A DNA stretch of 64,000 bases from Eledone cirrhosa (taxonomy: Eukaryota), in NCBI GenBank assembly GCA_964016885.1, contig OZ024760.1, forward strand, positions 62,001 to 126,000, given 5' to 3'. How positions within the stretch are numbered: position 1 is the first letter of the stretch; every line of letters begins with the position of its first letter. Positions 55,171 through 64,000 of this stretch are shown here, piece by piece. Under the pieces are notes generated by a model. It did no database searches, was not told the DNA's origin, and saw only the letters and a list, made by a program, of their open reading frames with translations. The position numbers and the translations under genes were made by a program.

Positions 55171-56705
55171 GCCAAAAGGCTAAATATACGATACTCTCCT
55201 CCTCCTTTACTGGTATGTTTTTGTTGTTGTTTTTTGAGCTTTTACTTAGTTCTTTTTTTACTTGTTGTTAGTATTGTTAGTAGTAGTGGTAGAGATTGGT
55301 GGACAGTCACTGATCCTTAATTTCAGGGTTTTTCCTTATACTTCTATTTATTTGTGGTAACAGCCATCTTTATAGTGTATTATAGTTCACTATATTATAA
55401 TATATATAAAAACTGTTGGTCCCTTCCTTATCTATGAATAAAATTGTATCCCCAGTGTGTTGATAATATATTATTGACTCAAACTAGAGTTTCTCAAAAG
55501 AGAATGAGGGAGAGAAAGAGTCAGGGAAGGAGAGATGGAAGGGGAGGAGAAGGAGAGAGAGGGGGGAAGAACTGCCTGTCATATGTAAATCCTTTCACGG
55601 TGACAGATCAAGTTCCAAGCGAGTTGGTTGGTTGGTTGGTTTACCTGAGTTCCTACTCAGGTAGGCTGACACTTACGCACACACAAACATATAAATACAC
55701 ACACACACACATATATATACACACACACACACATATATATATACACACACGCACATATATATACACACACACAAACACAGAACAATAAGCAAATCTATCA
55801 GCACACCCATATATATATAACAATAAACACATACCATGACGCCATGGTCATATACAGGAAAGAATACACAAACACATACCATTACATACACACATACAGA
55901 TAATAATTCAGACAGACTATCACATACCCACCCACATACATATACACACAATCTCAAGAAAACAACCAAAGAAATATTCAACGGAGGACAATAACGACAA
56001 AGCTAGTTACTAAGGTGTGTGCCTTTTTAGTTTTGTATACCTGTGTTTTTTTGTGTAATACATACACAGGCACACACATACGTACACATATACACATATA
56101 TATATACGCATGTATATATATGCGTACACACACACTTATGTATATATATAAAATATACACCCCAACCCCCTACCCCGACTCCATCCTCCCACTCCCACCA
56201 ACACCACCCTTTCTCTGTAAAGTTATGTTGGTACCACAACATCCAGTCCAAACTAATGAGGTCGTGTAGGTGTCATGCTGTAATATAGTGTAGGTAACGT
56301 GGAAAAAAGCTCCCAGTCCACACTGTAAATGTGGTTGGTGTTAGGAAGGGCATCCAGTCGTAGAAAACTTGCCAGATAGTCCTAAACAAGCGAGACACGG
56401 TCACCCGACCAATCTTGCCTCAAGTGGGACAACTCCTGTCTAACCCATGCTAGCGTGGAGGATAGACGTTAAACGATGATGATGATGATATATATATACA
56501 TTCGTTTTCAAATATATAAACTGGAAAGGTGGAGGTGAAAAAGTTATATCATCTCAAAATATGATAATTTATTATAAGCTGTACACACAGCTACATATAA
56601 TATAAAAAAAAAATTTATATGAATTCCTACTGTGTTAGATTAATTACATGTGGAGCAAATTATTCATTAAAATATGTTACCAAATGCTTATTTACGTCAT
56701 ACTTT

Positions 56706-56745
56706 GATTTACAATTGTTTCGTCTTCGTGGGACTCATTAGAATC
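56706..56745 (-). ncRNA. Hammerhead with core mutation
   Basis: Minus strand gatt-CTAATGA-gtc...gac-GAAAC-aatt-GTA-aatc; G5>A change. Confidence 0.6.
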
Positions 56746-56863
56746 AATCATTTTATAAATACCTCAGCAAGTTCATATTTTCGAACGCATAAAAAGTCCG
56801 TAGATTTTTGTTTACATTTTACATTTGACCAAACTGCATAGTCATGAGTATGTATACACATGC

Positions 56864-56907
<44 letters not shown>

Positions 56908-57343
56908 TAGACCACCCGTGATCTGTTGGGTCAGGACCCCGACGGCTGAACTCCTGCTGTTTCAACAGCTAGGTCTGAGTTCAGACCTAGCTGCTGAAAC
57001 AGCAGGAGCTCAGCCGTCGGGGTCCTGAATCCTTCATAATACCCACTCTACTACCCCAAGTATTGAGTACTCTTGTGAGTAATGGTCTAAATGGTTTTTA
57101 CTGTATCCATTCTGATATATATGTGTGTGTGTATGTGTATCCCGGGTTGAATCAGGGGTAACCACAGTAAGTAAGGTACTCAATACATAGTAGTGTATAT
57201 TCAATATTCAATATAGAAATGGCTTCTACAGGACTAAAACTGTTTCATTTGAAAGAAGTCACCAGGAAAGCCTCATCAGGGCTTTCCTGATAATTTTCTT
57301 CGAATGAAACGGTTCTAGTCCTGTAGAAGTCATTTCTATATCA

Positions 57344-57390
<47 letters not shown>

Positions 57391-57417
57391 CGAAGAGATA
57401 GATAGATATGCAGATTA

Positions 57418-58033
57418 TCTATATAATACTAAAACTCTGTGATTGCTTGCTTGCTTGCTTACTTGTCTGTATTGTAATACAGCCAAAAGGGCACATAATG
57501 GGAAAATAGTTTGAAAGGAAGTTGACGCTGAAATGGGGATAGAAATGGAATAAAACAAGTTTTGCGTAAATTGGAGCACGGGTTCCCCAAATATGGGGTT
57601 TTTCCAGGTACCTTCATAAACAGAGAGAGAGAGAAAGCTAGAGAGAAAAATATAGTGGTTGTGAGAGAGTAGATTGAAAGAGAGAGGGAGAGCAGACAGA
57701 GGAGACAGAGAAGGAGAATGGAAGAGAGAGAGAGAGAGCTGGTGGTGTTGTTGTGTATATATATATGTGAGTGTGTGTGTATATATATATATGTGTGTCT
57801 ATGACCAGTGTATATAGATCACAGACACCCACATACATATATACATATATGTATACACACACACATTTATATATATACATACACACATGTATACATATGG
57901 GCCTTCCAGTTTCACTTCACATTATATACATGTCTGTGTATATTTTAATTATTTAAAAGTTATTTTTAAGTGAACAGGATTTAAAAAAAATAGTTTGAAG
58001 CGAACGTGACCCAATGGATCACGGGTGGTCTAG
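57418..58033 (+). mobile_element. Non-autonomous Helitron family 2, copy 2
   Basis: Same termini and body as 29445-30037. Confidence 0.85.
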
Positions 58034-60899
58034 TATATATATATACATATATATATATATATTCATATATATTAATACACTCACATATGTACATGCAGAA
58101 TGCTTATCAACATTTAAATGCAATACACAATATTATTAGTAGTATTCTCTTTCAATCCTCTTGGCATGAAAACAGGGTGTGTTTATTTCTATTTAAACCT
58201 GAACATTGAATTATGAAATAAATATATATTTGAAAATTAGGCCTACAAGCATACAAACACAATACTGTCTATATAGTTTAATATTTAACCATTGTTACTT
58301 GATCAAAACCTAGCCAGTGTTAATCCATTTTCTAAAATATTTGTCATATGTTTTCAATAAAGTAAGAGTCAGGTACTGAGTTTAAATACTGTTGAATCAG
58401 TTGACTCATACCTGTTCAGGTTTTGTCCTTTAATGAAAGAGATCCCTTGTAGTATGATCAGGTTGTTGTTTTTCCTGAGACAGGAGGTGGGATTTGAACT
58501 TAGAATGTACAGAGCTAGAACAGATACCACAAGGCAATCTGTTCTACACTCTAATAATTCAACCAATCACCTTCCTCTAACTCAGAGGTTCAAATTGTGC
58601 ATTTTTGTGCAGCTCACTTAAATTCTGGATGGGAAATGCACACTGTATCAAACTCATCAGCACCATTCTTTGCCAATGTTCTCCTTTGGTGAAGATCAAA
58701 ATCATTTCTTTCCCAGTTGACCTCATCTTATTTTAAAGAGACTTCACGTTGTCCTTCAAGTGCTGCTTTAGTTTAGACTGAGGTGATTTCTGTATAAAAA
58801 CTTATCATACAAGATTTGTTTCAGAATACTCTGATCATTCATTCAAAATATTCTCTCTAGCATAAACCTGAGGAAAAGCTTTTCATCCTGTCATGATTTA
58901 GCAGAAAACATCTAAAAACAAGTTTGTTTATTCAAATATCTAAAAATAACCTCTTTACCAGTGACCAGAAAATTGCAGTGTAAAATTGCTGTATTAGAGT
59001 AAAGATTTGACATTTTTATATGATGGTGTCATAGTGTTGTTTTATACTTTTCAAGAATGTCTTGTTAATGTGGTTTCATGTGGATTGTTAACATTTTGAT
59101 ACTAACATGCATAAAACTATCTCTAACTCTATGATAGAAAACTGTTTAAGTTAAAGTGTTTATCATCTTCATAATCATTATCATTTAAGATTGGTTTGCT
59201 CTGCAAGTAAGGGCTGGATTTGCTGTCAAATGTTAATATGTCAGGTTACTCTTGAGTGCTACTGGTAACATGTAACCCAGTAGAACCTGTCGCATGGTCG
59301 GGTCATCGGCAACTAAACCGGCAACCCCACCGAGTTTACTTGGTGAGGAGGGTGATTTTGGACACCCTGCAAGACAAAAAAAAACACCTGTCAAAGGGTG
59401 GAAGAACTCACAAGAGTCAACAGCCATCTAAAAAAAAATCCCCCCAAAAATCCTGCCAAATCAATGGGTGGCAGTAGTTCCAGCTGCACGCATCAAAAGA
59501 CTGGTGTAGTGGTTCTGAGAACAATGCGGCTTTGCAGATGATCAATGGAAATTGACAATGGAAAGGTGCTCCCGCTTGAGTTAAAAGAGAACAATTGACC
59601 TTCAGGAGAATCAGCGACCCCTAATTATATTCAGAAACTGAAACAAATATGAAGTACACCAAATCCAATGTTCCTAGGGGTGGCCCTGGTTCTTATTTGC
59701 AAATGTAATCTCGGCCAGATTAGATTGCTGTCACAGACCAGTCAGTACTCAAGGAAAGCCACTGACTTCCAGGTGGGCTGAGGGCCTGACATATAAACCC
59801 ATGCTCTACCGAGTGCATTTATCATAGCACGAAAGAATAGGTAACTTGTCATGTCCTTGACTCAGCTAAAGAGTCTTCCTGACCCTTTGACAGGTTTTTC
59901 TACAAGTGCATACCCCTTCTACCACCAAACACTTTACAGAGTGCACTAGGTGCATTTATATTAATCTAAAAACCTCATATCATAATTTTATGTAAAATCT
60001 TTTCTCAAATTATGCTCTACACGTCAGCTTAATAATGAGAAAGCTAGTAATATAAATAAAGCCCTCCAAATTCTTGATAATTTTCAAAATGTTTTGAAAA
60101 TCATAAGTAGTTGCTTTCAGAAGAAATCATCATCATTGTTTTAATGTCCACTTTCTCTGCTCACCAAGGTTGGCCAAGTCTAAATAGACCAAGTCAATAG
60201 TGAAGAGAGCCACCGATCTCCCTGATAGGCCAGGGATCTGCATCTTATTTATGTAAGGTCTCATGTTCTATTGTGTGCACAGGAGAGGTTATCATGTCTT
60301 TGACATAACTAAAGAGTCCTCTCAACCCTTAGTTTGGCAAAATTTCCTGCAGCTGAATGCCCTCCTATCACCAGCCACTTTAGAGCTTGTAGTGGGTGCA
60401 TTTATTGTGTAGATCACCAACACTAGGAGAGTTTGTCATGTCCTTAACACAACTAAACTGTCCTCCCAACCCTTTGTTTAGCAAGCTTTTTATGGTTGGA
60501 TGCTCTTCCTATCACCAGCCACTTCACAGCATGTACTGGCTGTGTTTATCATGTTGGTCACCAACACTAGGCAGGTTAAGAAGTATGGTGTGTTCAAATC
60601 ATATCATGAAATATATCAAACATTAACCCTTTAATATCTACATTACTCTGTATATACTATTGTGAGCTGTTCAACATTACCAAACTTAGACTCATCATCA
60701 TCACATCACCGTTTTACGTCCGTTCTTCCACGCTAGCATGGGTTAGACGGGTTGTCCTGTTGTGGGCAGTGCCTTGCTCATACAGGAACTGATTTGGCTT
60801 GATTTCTACAGCTGGATGCCCTTCCTAACACCAACCTCATTTACAGTGAGTGCTGGGTGCTTTTTCGTGGCACCTACACGTCCACTTTACATCAATTGT

Positions 60900-61150
60900 C
60901 AAGTCAAGAGTACTCAAACTATACAGTCATATAAAAAGATCAACTCGTGGTGTGAGTAGGTTATGCCTGGAAGGAAGGTTGGCTGGTAAGAGAAGCAGAG
61001 GCCGGCAGCCAAAACGATGGACTGATAATGTCAACTTATGGACTGGACTTGATCTTTGCTCTTTAAACTCTGCTGCTGGTGATCGAACTTTGTGGAGAAA
61101 AATATCTCATGTTGATACGCAGTCTGCAACTGGCGGAGTCTACCATCAAA
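60900..61150 (+). mobile_element. Third RTE-like LINE 3' fragment
   Basis: LEGRLAGKRSRGRQPKRWTDNV is a typical RTE ORF C-terminus. Lies in an insert bounded by tatatactattgt duplications (~60651 and ~61157). Confidence 0.65.
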
Positions 61151-61418
61151 GTAGTATATATACTATTGTATTTTCACTGTAAACATTTTACCTCACATAA
61201 TTATCTCACATAATATTGAATCTACGAGATTTTGATATTGTTTATTTTGAAAACAATCCCTTAACATCAGTATGAGTGGCCGTTTATGGCCGGTTTGAAC
61301 AGAAAGAGGTGAAAGAAATCTGGTTGGATATGGCTGGTTTAAATGCTAAAGGGTTCAGGAGAAGAACAACAAAACAAAAAAACATCATATATTGATGCTC
61401 AATGAAAACTAAACCTAC

Positions 61419-61502
61419 CTTTTCAATTAAATGTCTCCTTACGGTTGCGTGTTGATGCGGTAAAAACCGATTAGGCACTGGCTTACATTCCTCCGTCATC
61501 AT
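61419..61502 (-). CDS. Candidate alternative upstream coding exon (MMTEECKPVPNRFLPHQHATVRRHLIEK)
   Basis: 28 codons from ATG to AAG|gtaggt donor, phase 0, unique sequence, with a possible acceptor (tctatag) just upstream. Confidence 0.5.
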
Positions 61503-62020
61503 CTTAATACTATAGATAATGGGAATTTAACAGATTTTTTTTCTCTCTCTGTGTTCTTATTCTTGTTCCTTTTGCTTTTTTTTTAATGATATTCCTTAAA
61601 TGTTCTTATTCAAATCTATTGTTTTTAGTCAATTAACCATGGCAACAAATCCGTAAAAATCAATTCCTTTGCTTTCTTATCTTCTTATTGTATGCTTCGG
61701 TGATTTTAAACGGCTCAGAAATCGTTGATGAATTTGCCTTAGCTATTTCCACCATTTTTTTTTCTTTCCAAATATGTTTGTTTGTTATGTTAACTTTGTT
61801 TTGTTTATTTTTAGGTCTGCCAATTTATTTAATTGTTATGTAACATGATGATAATAATAATAATAATAATGGTTTCTGGTTTAAGCACAAGGCCAGTAAT
61901 TTGAGGGAGGGGAAAGTTGATCAAATCGCTGCCAGTGCGTGACTGGTACTTTATTTTATCAACCCCGTAAGGATGAAAGGCAAAGCTAATGATGATAAAA
62001 CAATGCAGGGGATATTATTG

Positions 62021-62054
<34 letters not shown>

Positions 62055-62319
62055 GTCTGATGGCCCTGTAAGCACACAGGCAAAACCTCAGAGTAATAGG
62101 ACACTGACTAGGCCTTAGAAAATATTATTAATCTCTATTATGGTATTGAGTACACATTAAGTCAATACTAAACATGTGTGTGTGTGTATATATATATATA
62201 TGCGTGTGTGTGTGTGTATATATATATGTGTGTATATATATATATATATGTGTGTCCGTATATGTGTGTGTGTATATATGTGTGTGTGTGTGTGTATATA
62301 TGTGTGTGTGTATATATGT

Positions 62320-62367
<48 letters not shown>

Positions 62368-63565
62368 ATGCGTGTGTGTGTATATATGTGTATGTGTGTG
62401 TATATATATATATGTGTGTGTGTGTATATGCGTGTGTGTGTGTGTGTGTATATGTGTATGTGTGTATATATATATATATGTGTGTGTGTGTGTATATGCG
62501 TGTGTGTGTGTATATATATATATAAAGTTTTTTTTGTTTTTACTCTCTTGTTTAGAGATGGTTGTTGTGAAAGTAGAAGTGATGGCAGTGGCTGAACTTG
62601 TTGTTGTGTTTGTTGTTTGGTGCCAGGTTAAACTTGATGGAACAGGTGATCAAAGACATTCCAATGATGAGTATCTGGTTTTTCTAAGGGTATCCGGGAA
62701 CATTTTCCTTGTTTTGAAAACAGTAGAAGGAATAAGGAAGTCGTTTGAAGGAGATTGCCTACTATTTTTAGCAGGCTTCTTTCTCCTTTGTTGGCTATGG
62801 CTTGTAGGAGTGAACAGGAATAATTGTTAATCGCTGGTGATGGTTGCCATTGTTAAGTTTACTTTGTTTGTTTTTTGACTGGGTTGGCATGGGTGGGTTG
62901 AGATGAAGGCTTAATGCAAATGTTAGCCAATTACACACCAAGAAGAAGGTGAAGGCTACACAATACATAGATTAATAAGCAATAATGCATGTATTTGTGT
63001 ATGTATATATACTCTTGTTTATACATATATACATATATATATGTGTGTATATGTATGTATCTATCAATATATATATATATATATATATGCACATGTGTGT
63101 GTGTATATGTATCTATCAATATATATATACATACATATATATATATATATATATACATATATTGATGCACATATATTTGTATATATATATATGTATCTAT
63201 CTATTAATATATATATATATATGGATATATGGATGTGTATATATATATATATATATATATATGTTATGCATGTATGTGTGTGTGTATGCATGAACAATTC
63301 GGTAAGTTTATAATCCTCACTAACATATATCCAGGTGCTATTGCTATACAACAACAACAACGGCCACAGCAACAACATTAACAGCAATAATGCTGATGAA
63401 TTTAAATGAAAATCTCTGAAAGAAACAAAGAATTTAAGCTGTTTATAATTGTACTCTGTATGTGTGCATGTATAAATCTGTGTGTGCATGTGTGTATATA
63501 TATGGATCTGTGTATGTGTGTTTGCATGTGTCTATATTTATGGATATCTGAGAATGTGTGTGTGT

Positions 63566-63602
<37 letters not shown>

Positions 63603-63701
63603 GTGGGGGTGGATTAGAATTATGCATCGGTGTGTATGATGAGATTGTGTCTCGTTCTCTCTTCTCTTTGTGCACACAATTAGAGCGGTAATGTTGCTCA
63701 C

Positions 63702-64000
63702 TGTGGTGGTGGTAGCGGTGGTGGTGGCGGTGGTGGTGGTGGTGGTGGTGGTGGTGGTGGTGGTGGTGATGGTGGTGGTGGTGGTGGCGGTGGTGGTGGT
63801 GGTTGTGGTGGTGGTGGTGATGGTGGTGGTGGTGGCGGTGGTGGTGGTGGTGGTGGCAGTGGTGGTGGTGGTGGTGGTGGTAGCGGTGGTGGTGGTGGTG
63901 GTGGTGGTGGTGGTGGTGGTGGTGGTGGTGGTGGTGGTGGTGATGGTGGTGGTGGTGGTGGCGGTGGTGGTGGTGGTGGTGGTGGTGGTGATGGTGGTGG
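63702..64000. repeat. (GGT)n microsatellite running off the window
   Basis: Directly visible. Confidence 0.95.

Overview
AT-rich, microsatellite-dense animal DNA. The SINE/LINE repertoire suggests an octopus or other cephalopod, but that is inference. Most of the window looks like intronic sequence of a minus-strand gene for a type II single-pass membrane protein: a TM exon at 43359-43626 and two candidate phase-0 first coding exons at 55159-55170 and 61419-61502. Mobile DNA includes two RTE-clade LINE families (APE + RT, each with a PHD-type C4HC3 finger inserted in the RT), degraded Penelope-like elements (RT + GIY-YIG), CR1 fragments, two tRNA-derived SINE families, non-autonomous Helitrons and several MITE families. 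The ORF track misses the most striking layer: about a dozen minimal type I hammerhead ribozyme (HHR) motifs in short non-coding elements embedded in (TA)n. These include a 422-nt tandem HHR unit (retrozyme/Penelope pLTR-like) and fold-back palindromes centred on HHRs, two of which start with short sequences apparently copied from neighbouring elements. All analysis was by eye; repeat boundaries are approximate.
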